DNA of 64,000 nucleotides from a virus. Under the pieces are notes generated by a model, which saw nothing but the letters and a program-made list of their open reading frames with translations, did no database searches and was not told where the DNA came from. Of the stretch, positions 26,870-35,667 are shown piece after piece (position 1 is the first letter of the stretch; every line of letters starts with the position of its first letter). The stretch spans positions 1 to 64,000 of the IMG/VR virus record IMGVR_UViG_3300031999_001882. One strand, written 5' to 3'. Both the position numbers and the translations under genes were made by a program.

Positions 26870-27192
26870 ACCAGCTTGCAGGCAAAGTGCAAAAACTGGT
26901 CCAGATTTATTCCGTATTTATTCTCGCACTTGCCGAAATCAATCAGCCAATGCGCGACTGTCTCTGCCATGCCAAGGTCATAGCGCCCGGTGACATAGGC
27001 CACCGTGCCGCCATGAATCAAAGCGTGCGCGGTCAGCCAATATCCCCACGTCGGCTGATAGGTCTGCCCCGGCGGAACCACGGACATATCCACCGGGCGG
27101 TTCCGGTTCTTGCCACGGGCCATCTCGTTGCTTTGTAGTGCGAAATCCGCAAGAGAATGCCCAGCCATCAACTGCCAGATAAGTTCGATCAT
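26839..27192 (-). CDS. DUF3307-like membrane protein
   Basis: H..ADFALQS, HALIH, HWLIDFGK, DQFLH. SD GGAGG before MIELIW. Confidence 0.8.
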   Translation of the reverse strand: MIELIWQLMAGHSLADFALQSNEMARGKNRNRPVDMSVVPPGQTYQPTWGYWLTAHALIHGGTVAYVTGRYDLGMAETVAHWLIDFGKCENKYGINLDQFLHFACKLVWVYIIWRTQ

Positions 27193-27208
27193 TGGTCCTC
27201 CAATATAG

Positions 27209-27300
27209 AGACTCCCCGGCCTGCCCATGAAGCAGGCCCGCCAATCCAGCCGTCGCTTGTAGCCGGAGCTTTGAGCGCACCTTTAGCGTTTGGGGAGTCT
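27209..27300 (-). ncRNA. candidate structured RNA element (multiway junction)
   Basis: 9-bp basal stem AGACTCCCC/GGGGAGTCT enclosing TCCGGCT/GGCTGGA and GGCCTGC/GCAGGCC hairpins. Confidence 0.45.
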
Positions 27301-27307
27301 AAAGCGA

Positions 27308-28495
27308 TCATTTCCTTCTGCCGCGCCGAGGCTCTGCCTCTGAACCCATATCCACTTCTTCGGAAGGAGGAAGCGCAACAGCGACAGGAGCTTCCTGCAT
27401 ATACAATGACCTCTTTGCCCTGCTCTTTGTTTCTGGCTCGTCCTCGGTTGATTCTTTCTTTTTTGGTTCTAGTTCTTTGGGTTCTACCTCTGGTATCTCC
27501 GGTGACGGCGCTATCTCAGCTTTGGTGAACTCGATCAGGCGGTTCTTGATATCGGCGCGAAGTACGACATCCGTCCTGATTTTATTCTTAAACTCATCAA
27601 TGCCGACCGCCAGCTCGTTACCATCCAGCGAATAGCGCCTGCCCTCAAAAGCAACGATGCCCTTAGTAACTGCCATCTCTGCGATTTCATTGGCTTCATC
27701 AATGCCATACCCAAAGATGAGCTGAGTCGATCCTTCGTGGTGCGGAGCGCCAACCTTGTTCTTGATGATCTTGAAGTTGATGTCGATGCCGATTTCTTTG
27801 TCGCCCTTTTTGAGCTTCTTGGAGCGAAAATCCACGCGCACCGAGGAGTAGAACTTGATCGCCAGCCCGCCGGGAGTCGTGTAAGGGTTACCGAACATCA
27901 CCCCTATTTTCTGCCTTAGCTGGTTAATGAGGATGAGCGTGGTGTTAGTCTTGGCAAGGCTGGGATTGAGCTTGCGAAGCGCTTGAGAGATCATGCGGCT
28001 CTGCGTACCCATGTGCTGTTGATCCATTTCCGCTTCCATCTCGGCCTTGGGCAAGAGCGCCGCCACGCTATCCACCACGATGATCGAGAACTTGCAGGTC
28101 CGAGCCAGCTCATCCACCGCATCAAACGCTTGCTCGCCATACTCCGGGTAAATCAACTTCAAGTCCTTGGGACCGCCATCATTCTCCAAGAAAACCCCGT
28201 GACGCTTGGCCCAGCCCGGCTCAAACGCCTGCTCAGCGTCAATCCAAGCACAGTATTCCCCGGCTTCCTGCGCCGCGCCGACTGCCCGGAGAGCCATCGT
28301 AGACTTGCCAGACGACTCCAAGCCTATGTATTCAATGATCCGGCCTCTGGGAAGGCCCGGAAGCTTCGTGGCGCAGTCCAGCGCGATGCTCCCAGAGCTG
28401 ATCGCCGGAACCACTTCATCCGCCTTGCCAAAAAAAGACTTGCCGTACTTCTTGGTGAGATCGTCAATCGCTCGTTCAATCACTTTTTCGGTCAT
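27308..28495 (-). CDS. recA: RecA recombinase
   Basis: GLPRGRIIE..G.ESSGKST, IDAEQA, VVDSVAAL, INQLR.KIGVMFGNP.TTPGG.A.KFYSSVR, KNKV. Confidence 0.97.
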   Translation of the reverse strand: MTEKVIERAIDDLTKKYGKSFFGKADEVVPAISSGSIALDCATKLPGLPRGRIIEYIGLESSGKSTMALRAVGAAQEAGEYCAWIDAEQAFEPGWAKRHGVFLENDGGPKDLKLIYPEYGEQAFDAVDELARTCKFSIIVVDSVAALLPKAEMEAEMDQQHMGTQSRMISQALRKLNPSLAKTNTTLILINQLRQKIGVMFGNPYTTPGGLAIKFYSSVRVDFRSKKLKKGDKEIGIDINFKIIKNKVGAPHHEGSTQLIFGYGIDEANEIAEMAVTKGIVAFEGRRYSLDGNELAVGIDEFKNKIRTDVVLRADIKNRLIEFTKAEIAPSPEIPEVEPKELEPKKKESTEDEPETKSRAKRSLYMQEAPVAVALPPSEEVDMGSEAEPRRGRRK

Positions 28496-28851
28496 GGGGT
28501 TCTCCTTTTTTCATTCCATGCTAAAAATTCAACAAACAGCTTGACCAATTCCTGACTTTGATGAGACAGCGACCGATAAGCAACGCTCAGAAATTTAACA
28601 TCACCGTCAAAGGAAGCTTTGACGTTTCCGTAAGTCTGATTCTCAATAGCTTTGCAAAGACTGGTGAACGAAACACCCAGAGCACCGCTTAGCTTCCAAA
28701 GCGTGTCAAACTGAGGAATGCCGCGATCACCACGCTCCACTTGAGACATATAGCCATTAGAAATTCCGCACCGACGCTCTATGTCATGCAATGACAATCC
28801 GCGACTTTTCCGAATAGACCTCAAGCATTGACCAAATTCTTTTGATTTCAT
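28492..28851 (-). CDS. XRE-family HTH transcriptional regulator
   Basis: FG..LR..RK..GLSL.......GIS.GYMSQVERG. Confidence 0.85.
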   Translation of the reverse strand: MKSKEFGQCLRSIRKSRGLSLHDIERRCGISNGYMSQVERGDRGIPQFDTLWKLSGALGVSFTSLCKAIENQTYGNVKASFDGDVKFLSVAYRSLSHQSQELVKLFVEFLAWNEKRRTP

Positions 28852-29050
28852 TGTCTGCTCTCCATAATTTCAATGGATGTCTTGGATAGGATTTTAATGT
28901 CGCCGTCAGGAAGGTCCAGCATAATCCAGTCATTTGCTGACTGGTGGCAAACAGCCTCCACGCCCCGGAGTTTGCCCCGGATAATGCGGACTTTTGTCCC
29001 ATGAGGAATGTCAGGCAACAACCAGTATGGTTTTCGCATAAACAAAGCGA

Positions 29051-29090
29051 GGTCGTCCGTGACACGGTGGACCCATGAACACGGACGACC
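29051..29090 (-). terminator. hairpin/terminator-like element
   Basis: Perfect 11-bp stem GGTCGTCCGTG/CACGGACGACC, then TCGCTTTGTTT. Confidence 0.55.
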
Positions 29091-29101
29091 CCTGAATTGT
29101 T

Positions 29102-29749
29102 TTATCTAGGTCTGGTTGATACTTTCAGAACATCGGTTATCGTGCTGTAACCGCTTTTGTTGTTTTCAACCTTGATTCTGCACGGCTTCCCGAACAAGGC
29201 CGCCAAGTCCACCTGCTCACCTACTCGCAGACTCATACCCATAAGCGAGGAAACCCAAGCATTAGCTTTGCTGTTTTCGTGAAGGCTCAAGCTGGACACC
29301 CCGCGAAGTATTTTGCCTGTGTAATCCCGATCATTGATGATCCGAAAGAACCACTCATAAGAGTCTTTCAACTCTCCGTTGGCATAGATGCTCGGTAACT
29401 TGATTATCTGGATATTGACGAGTTCGGCATCGTAAATATCTTCCGGCAACTTCTCAGTTCCGCCACCGCCCGACGTAACGGACCCCTTCAAATAATTGGG
29501 GTCAACTTTGCGTGTTTCCCGAATTTTCTCCTCAACAGCTTTTGGATCGAAGTCGGCGAGCGGATTGCGCTCGCTACCCGATTCATCGCGTCGGCTTTCG
29601 CCTCGCGGCTCTGGCTCTCGGCGAGGTTCCGGCTCACGCCTTGATTCTGACTGGGTTTCTGCGGCTCGTTCGACGGGACGACGGTACGACGGGGTTTCTC
29701 GATTGCCTGTGATCTCACTTGCGGCTACACGGCCACGATCATCTGACAT
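29102..29749 (-). CDS. putative single-stranded DNA-binding (OB-fold-like) protein with disordered N-terminus
   Basis: Beta-rich C-terminus (LPEDIYDAEL...W.F.I...GKPCRIKV). REPEPR repeats. Lies next to recA. Confidence 0.5.
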   Translation of the reverse strand: MSDDRGRVAASEITGNRETPSYRRPVERAAETQSESRREPEPRREPEPRGESRRDESGSERNPLADFDPKAVEEKIRETRKVDPNYLKGSVTSGGGGTEKLPEDIYDAELVNIQIIKLPSIYANGELKDSYEWFFRIINDRDYTGKILRGVSSLSLHENSKANAWVSSLMGMSLRVGEQVDLAALFGKPCRIKVENNKSGYSTITDVLKVSTRPR

Positions 29750-29805
29750 ACGTCCTCCTTGTTTAACTAGGCTTTTAACTAGGCTGTGACCTCAACGGTC
29801 ACGAA

Positions 29806-30240
29806 CTACTGACGCTGGCGAATGGTACTGCCAGCCGTCATCTCCCGCTCTTGACGGAAATTGGCTCCAATAGAAATTAGCATTTCAGACTTCATTTTAA
29901 TAGCGTTAATCCCGTTTTTCAGGATTTCCATGTCTCGTTGAAGCTTCAAAATGTCCGTGCACATGGCGGCATAAGCATCTTTGAATTTTGACATGATCGC
30001 CGCTTCCTTGGCCGCTTCGGTCATGTCTTTACGGCCACCTGCACGCAGAGATTCCTCAAGAACTTCCTGCTTCTTGGAGGCAAGCCACATTCTGAAACTG
30101 AGTTCAGCTTCTTCACATTTGAATTTGAGTTCGACATAACGGGCGGACCAGTAGGCGTAATCGGTTGCGACTCGCGTCATATCCCCGGAGATATCAGGGG
30201 AAATAGCGATGGCGTGTGCAATGTCTTGTTCGGCGTTCAT
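29806..30240 (-). CDS. UvsY-like helical recombination mediator (putative)
   Basis: All-helical, MTEA..EA....K.EMLIS.GAN.R.E. Lies in the recA module. Confidence 0.45.
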   Translation of the reverse strand: MNAEQDIAHAIAISPDISGDMTRVATDYAYWSARYVELKFKCEEAELSFRMWLASKKQEVLEESLRAGGRKDMTEAAKEAAIMSKFKDAYAAMCTDILKLQRDMEILKNGINAIKMKSEMLISIGANFRQEREMTAGSTIRQRQ

Positions 30241-30285
30241 TAGGGGTTCTCCCTTGGTTCGGTTTGACCCGCGACTGATTTCAGA

Positions 30286-30906
30286 TCAGTCTGCCCATCC
30301 TATAACTTTTATGGGTTTTCGTGTCAAGTTTTCGTCGGTGGGTGGCTTTTGTCCTGCGGGGCACAAAATGGATTCGAGGTGTTCTCCCTGCGCGACTCTC
30401 TGGTTCATGGACTCAAAATAATTATCAACCTCGGCCTCTGCCAACTTCATTTTGTGGAATTCGGCGAGACGCTGTTTAATCTTGCCCAAACAGTAGCCCA
30501 TATTTATTTGTTTGGTCTTGGATGAACGAATGAGTTTCTTGAGAATTTTCATGCCACGATTGCGAATATCGTGAGTGCTTGGCCTGACGGTGACAATAAT
30601 TTGGCGGACTTTATCGGCGACTTCGGCGTGCGAGCTGGCAGAAAATTCGTAATAGAGAGTGTCGAGTCGTTCTTCGGTTTTGAGGATACCTTTGTCATGG
30701 AAAAAGCGAAGGCAGGTCGCAATCGTTGTCCATGTCATTCGCGTCTCGTCTCTGAGCCATTTGATGCTGACTTCATTCATGCCGACAGGCAAGCGGCCCA
30801 AGTCTCCCGCCGCACCCACTAAAGCCATGTAAATGGTGAAAGCCCCATGACGGTGCGATTCCAAATCACGAATAAAATGCTTTGGCTCGGCTGAAATCAA
30901 GGTCAT
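30286..30906 (-). CDS. putative winged-helix replication/regulatory protein
   Basis: Helical N-terminal domain typical of HTH proteins. Start uncertain. Confidence 0.45.
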   Translation of the reverse strand: MTLISAEPKHFIRDLESHRHGAFTIYMALVGAAGDLGRLPVGMNEVSIKWLRDETRMTWTTIATCLRFFHDKGILKTEERLDTLYYEFSASSHAEVADKVRQIIVTVRPSTHDIRNRGMKILKKLIRSSKTKQINMGYCLGKIKQRLAEFHKMKLAEAEVDNYFESMNQRVAQGEHLESILCPAGQKPPTDENLTRKPIKVIGWAD

Positions 30907-31278
30907 ATGTTTACGCCCTCTATGATTTTTTGGCGACTTGGTAGAGCTTGTAGAACAGGCTAGTCCATCCACAACCATCACACCACTTTTCTACAAGGCT
31001 TGCAAGTCTCTGACGATGGCGGGCCAAGCACCACAGCCCCAGCTTTCCGGGCGCTTGGTACAGGTTCCATGCGATCTGCTCAGCGCTCATCGAGGAATAC
31101 TCCACTTTTCTGGCTCGGTGACCCGTGACAGGGATAGATAGACAAGGTACGACATCTGAGCGGTAGCCGCCATGCGGCAATAACGCTCCTGATCTTCCGG
31201 GGTCTTGGCATTATGGGCATCCAACACCCGGTCAAGCCATACCCTAAGCCATTCCACAGCGACAGTTTTCATAAATAA

Positions 31279-31419
31279 AGCCCATGACCCCCAAGAGAGG
31301 CTTGAACTCTCAGCTCCGCCGACGACTGAGTTTGGCGGTTCTGTTGTAGCTCCACGATACGAAGCGCGTCTCCTCGCATCTTTGAATTATTGGGGGCGAC
31401 CGTCGTCACGGCATGGGCT
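31279..31419 (-). ncRNA. tRNA-like RNA with expanded D arm and anticodon loop
   Basis: Acceptor CCCCCAA/TTGGGGG, T arm GAGAG-TTCAAGC-CTCTC, CCGCC/GGCGG arm with 13-nt loop, flanking AGCCCATG/CATGGGCT helix. Confidence 0.6.
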
Positions 31420-32466
31420 AAATTCATTGCATCGGCTCAGCTTTTAGAAACTCAAACCGAAGCTCCGGGTTAGCTATAAGGATTCGGTGCATCCCATTCT
31501 CGGCGCTGGCCTTGCGAGCATAGCCGCGCACGTCGTCCTTGGTGTCCTTGAAACGCAGGATTGAGCCGCACCAGTAGAGCGGCTTGTCGGGGTTCTCCCG
31601 GTACACCAGAATAAAAAAGTTTTCACCCACTACGCCGCCTTTTGAATTGGTTTTGATCTCTTTATAATAGCAAGCGTTTGAGTATAATGCTCGCGCCATT
31701 TCTTCGCTTTCACCGAAAAGTTGTCGAGCTGAAAGAGCAACAACTTCAAACTCGCCCTCATGCTCTCCATGTCATTGCTCTTAACGCAGGTCTGAGCGAT
31801 TTCGGGCAGATTGCTCCCCAAGTATTTATCCAACTCCTCCGCGAACTCTTGAGTGGTCATGGTTCCTCCTAGTGTCCGAAGTGAGTGATACTCCCGCCTC
31901 CGAGGTTCATGGGAATGACCTGCCCGCCGCACCGTCTCGTTTGACCGCCACGGTCAACCATCTGGCCGCAGGAAGTGGGTGACAGGATATAGGAAGCATA
32001 CGACCCGACCCAGCCACAGTCCGTACAGCGCACGTCCACCGGACCATTGCCGCCGAAGTTGCTGTTACCGCCTGAGTATCCGCTCATTGGGTTACCCTCC
32101 CTTTTTGATTCGCCAGCGTGCTTCAAGCAAAAATTTCATGTCAGGGCACTCCGGGTTGTCCACCACCCGCTCCCCGGACGGCAAGACCTTAACCCGGTGC
32201 TTTTGATGAATTTTGCAAGCGTACTCCTCGATTATTTCTTTATAATCCACAGTTCCCATAGGTGACCCCATGCGTTCTGGCGCACGCCTGCCTTGACCGC
32301 GATCCCGGCCCGGATCACGCTGGCCTTATACTGCCGGGCCAATGCCTCCGACTGGAATGTGTCATAAATTATCCAGTTCTCCTTGGGCTTGTCTGGCTTG
32401 ACCTGATCGGTCCCTCGCGGGCCGCGACACAGGCAGGTGGCGGCATGACCCATTTCAAAGCACATA

Positions 32467-32634
32467 TCAGGAGTGCCGATCCGACTTCATCCATTCGGAC
32501 AGGATCGCCCCGGCTTCCTTGGCTTCCAGACCGAACCTGCGTTGCAGGTAGGGCCGCGCCCCGAACATATTGGTTTCGCCGCTCTCCCGCAGGTCATCCA
32601 GATACTTGAAGTATTTTTCCTTGTCGTCGGCCAT
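32467..32634 (-). CDS. conserved small phage protein, 55 aa (not in ORF track)
   Basis: YLDDLRESGETNMFGARPYL motif. GGAG SD. Confidence 0.75.
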   Translation of the reverse strand: MADDKEKYFKYLDDLRESGETNMFGARPYLQRRFGLEAKEAGAILSEWMKSDRHS

Positions 32635-32645
32635 AGCACGCTCCT

Positions 32646-33140
32646 TTATGCAATCTCCTGTAGCAGTCTGATTTCACTCTCTGAGAAAAACTTTTCGACC
32701 TTCTTCCATTCCTTCACCACGGCCTTGTAAGTTTGCTCGGCCTTGCGGCTGTCCTCCTCGTATCCGTAATCGCCGCAGAAGTCCTCGAACTTGCCGGGAT
32801 CGTTCTTGGTCAGGCACGCCAGAACGTCATAGGCCGTCGGGAGCTTCGCCTTTTGCGCGTCGGCATAGCTGTTCCAGAAGAACATCGAGAGCGTCTTGAC
32901 CCGGCCCTTCACAATGCGAGCGAAGGTCGCCCGGTGACGCTGACCGTGGATGTGCTTGCCGCCTTCACAGAACATCGGGCACTCGTCATCGACCTGCCGC
33001 GCCCGGAAGGTCACTTTCATGCCGCCGATGATCGTCAATGCCTGATCCTCGTAGCCCTTTGCGGCCAACAACTCAGGCAATTTCTTTTTGAAGTCGGAAC
33101 TCGCTGGCTCTGGAAACAGGTCAGTCACTTGGTTACTCAT
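32646..33140 (-). CDS. conserved phage hypothetical protein
   Basis: PTAYDVLACL.K.DPG.FEDFC.DYGY..DSRKA. Confidence 0.75.
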   Translation of the reverse strand: MSNQVTDLFPEPASSDFKKKLPELLAAKGYEDQALTIIGGMKVTFRARQVDDECPMFCEGGKHIHGQRHRATFARIVKGRVKTLSMFFWNSYADAQKAKLPTAYDVLACLTKNDPGKFEDFCGDYGYEEDSRKAEQTYKAVVKEWKKVEKFFSESEIRLLQEIA

Positions 33141-34164
33141 GGAAGTCTCCTTTGGGCGGCGCTTCGATTTTGTAATCTTTCACGACGCGCCCGAACTCGA
33201 TGTTGCCACGCTCGAACGCAGACCAAAAATAAGTTCCTTTGTATTTCCCAAACAAACCATTGCCGTCGTCGTAAACTTTCCAATGGGCGCGACACAGGTG
33301 CAATGCTTTGGCTGACAGGTGATCGGAGCCTGTCACAGCTTTGAGAATTTTTTTGAACGGCTCAATCGTCAGAGTCTTATATTGAACGAGCGGAAGCTTC
33401 CCTTGCTTAGTTCGCCCTTTCTGCTCATGCGGCGGCTTAATGCCGCCATCAACCATGATGGCCTTGCGGCAATGAAGCGTCATCATTGCCAACATTGGGA
33501 TAAAAGATTGATACGTCAATATGCTGACGCTCTCGTTATCCAACTCAACGTCTCTCGGAGCATAGGCCAGCATTCCCTTGTCGCTCATTGGGTCGCCGCT
33601 ATACCTGTCATAACCAAACATCCCATTGAGTTTGCTTCCGACAACATATCCTCCTCGCTCGCTCACCCCATAAACGCACGTTCCTGAAAAGTACGTTGTG
33701 TAAATGTTGCGCGGGTCTTTTTGACCAAACAAATGAATCGCAGTCACCCAGCGAACTCCGGTTCCTTTCAAGCGCTCCGCCAAGCTCGGAATAAAGCGTG
33801 AATCGCCAGACACCACCAAAGCTCCAATGCGCGGCATATTTCCGATTGGCATTTCTATCGTCGATCCAATCAACCGCTTGGTTGTTTCCTGTAGCGATAT
33901 CAACTGACTGCCTGAATACTTTTCGGACCTTATATGAGGAGCAAAGCGCCACTCGAACCATGCCACAGGATAGATAGGAGCGATGTTTGGAAAGTCCTGC
34001 GGACACCATTCCTCTTGATCGCTCCCAAAGAAAAAATAATTGGCAATATCTTGAATCTGAAAAACAACCGCAGACTTTAAGTTCTCAGCAATGCCGAAAT
34101 CTACGCTCGACAAAGCCATGCCCGGATTGTTGCGAAGCAACTGTTTCAGATCATCTATGAACAT
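33133..34164 (-). CDS. conserved phage hypothetical protein
   Basis: SD GGAG before MFIDDL. C-terminal H.CRAHWK.Y...FW....RG....G.V.KDY. Confidence 0.7.
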   Translation of the reverse strand: MFIDDLKQLLRNNPGMALSSVDFGIAENLKSAVVFQIQDIANYFFFGSDQEEWCPQDFPNIAPIYPVAWFEWRFAPHIRSEKYSGSQLISLQETTKRLIGSTIEMPIGNMPRIGALVVSGDSRFIPSLAERLKGTGVRWVTAIHLFGQKDPRNIYTTYFSGTCVYGVSERGGYVVGSKLNGMFGYDRYSGDPMSDKGMLAYAPRDVELDNESVSILTYQSFIPMLAMMTLHCRKAIMVDGGIKPPHEQKGRTKQGKLPLVQYKTLTIEPFKKILKAVTGSDHLSAKALHLCRAHWKVYDDGNGLFGKYKGTYFWSAFERGNIEFGRVVKDYKIEAPPKGDFHE

Positions 34165-34181
34165 GAGCGTTGCTCTCTCCT

Positions 34182-34814
34182 TTAGAGGATGATGATTTCC
34201 TGCTCGTCTCTGCCGTCGAGATAAGCGAAGCAATCCTGCTTGGCTATCTGGCGATGCTTCACCTGCCCGGCGCGATCCTTCTTGTGAAATCGGTTGGCGA
34301 ACCACTCCGCCTTTTCCTTCGAGAGCGTGTAGGAAATGCCCTTGGCGTTGCGCCCTTGATGCCCCCGGTAAACGTCCAGAGTCGCCGGGAACGAGTCAAA
34401 GACCCGGCGATCCTCGGCAGACATGAACTGTTCCCGGTGCGCCCGCTTGGAGCGCAGGTAGCCTTTCCACGCCCGGAGGTTCTGCCAGATATTCTCGCTC
34501 TCGATCCAAAGGTCACCGAGAATATCCCAATAGGTTGCATCGTCCATTTCCGACTGCACAGAGGAGAATGCGTCAATGCGATAGGGCTTCTCATGGAACA
34601 CGATGAACCTTGCATAGTCCTTCGCCGCCAGAGCCACGGTCGCCGCATTGGACTTGACCTCAAATTGCTTGTTGTAGAGCGCGTTCATTTCAGGCGCATA
34701 GATGATTTCATGGACGAGCGGATGGCTAATCATCTTGCCAAGCGGCCCATCGAACATCCGAGCTTTCAACTCCGGGTGCAGGTCACAGGGCTTGCAGTTG
34801 AGAATGCCCTTCAT
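34182..34814 (-). CDS. putative ADP-ribosyltransferase (R-S-E type)
   Basis: VYRG...GISYTL...A.WFA.R...EQEII. Confidence 0.5.
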   Translation of the reverse strand: MKGILNCKPCDLHPELKARMFDGPLGKMISHPLVHEIIYAPEMNALYNKQFEVKSNAATVALAAKDYARFIVFHEKPYRIDAFSSVQSEMDDATYWDILGDLWIESENIWQNLRAWKGYLRSKRAHREQFMSAEDRRVFDSFPATLDVYRGHQGRNAKGISYTLSKEKAEWFANRFHKKDRAGQVKHRQIAKQDCFAYLDGRDEQEIIIL

Positions 34815-35080
34815 TGCCGAGTCCGCCCTGCGCCCCAAAACTCCTCGCCCTTGCGAACGCCGACCACCACCGTGCCGACGAGCCACGGGAACTCCTTGTT
34901 GACCGGGAGCTTGTTGAGCAACCCTTCCTCGTTGACGCAGAGCGTGAACTCGCCCCACCGGACCATTTCGATGTAGCCGCCGACCCATGCCTGTAACTTC
35001 TCAAGCCCGGCAGGGCCTTTCGTCGATTCGATCCGCTTCTTCCCGTCGGCGGAGTGGATGATGTATTGGTGGATGGTCAT
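34811..35080 (-). CDS. DUF3846-like protein
   Basis: LQ..VGGYIE.V......VNEEG....LP.N......G.VVV. Confidence 0.7.
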   Translation of the reverse strand: MTIHQYIIHSADGKKRIESTKGPAGLEKLQAWVGGYIEMVRWGEFTLCVNEEGLLNKLPVNKEFPWLVGTVVVGVRKGEEFWGAGRTRQ

Positions 35081-35093
35081 TGCGCGGCCCCCT

Positions 35094-35618
35094 TTATCGA
35101 ACGTGCTTCCATGATTTGCCGTGATGAATGTTTAGAACTGTCACCTCGCTGACTCCGTATTCAAGACCGATATTTTTTGCTGAAATGCCTTCCGATGGAT
35201 AGCGTTTTCGTATTTCCTTCACTTGCTCGTCAGAAAGCTTTGCCAATGGTCGATGCTCACCTCTTGAAATCCGTTCCGGGTGCAAAACTAATCCATGCCG
35301 TTTACCCGTTGCCGCACGACCGTGCACAGACATATCGCGCTGATTTTGTTTGTGAGTGTCAGCATACAAGTGACTTGGCCGCACGCAAGGCGGGTTGTCG
35401 CACCGATGACAAATCTCTTTCCCGGTAGGAAGCCGACCACCGTGAGTCAGCATATAGGAAACACGATGAGCGTCCATAACTGCGGGTTGATGCTTTCGCC
35501 CCATGCCAAATCGTCCGTAGCCGCGACGATCACGGCAAGCCATCCAAAGCCAACAGCCATTGGATTTCTTGACCTTCTCCCAAAAACGCTCTGACAATTT
35601 TCTTGGTTTTAGTCCCAT
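35094..35618 (-). CDS. HNH homing endonuclease
   Basis: RFWEKV, CWLW, AHRVSY, CHRCDNPPCVRPSHL, C-terminal HTH. Confidence 0.9.
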   Translation of the reverse strand: MGLKPRKLSERFWEKVKKSNGCWLWMACRDRRGYGRFGMGRKHQPAVMDAHRVSYMLTHGGRLPTGKEICHRCDNPPCVRPSHLYADTHKQNQRDMSVHGRAATGKRHGLVLHPERISRGEHRPLAKLSDEQVKEIRKRYPSEGISAKNIGLEYGVSEVTVLNIHHGKSWKHVR

Positions 35619-35622
35619 TTTA

Positions 35623-35664
35623 AGCTCCCATCCCTGCCCGTCAAAGACGGGCAGAGGGGAAGCT
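35623..35664 (-). promoter_or_regulatory. hairpin sequestering the SD of the HNH gene
   Basis: CTGCCCGTC-TTT-GACGGGCAG extended by AGCTTCC/GGGAGCT, which covers the GGGAG SD. Confidence 0.6.
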
Positions 35665-35667
35665 CGA

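Noticed and set aside
28492-28851. Prophage/lysogeny module
   Set aside because: The XRE protein lacks a peptidase domain, and no integrase, att site or host flanking genes are visible, so lifestyle cannot be inferred from this window.
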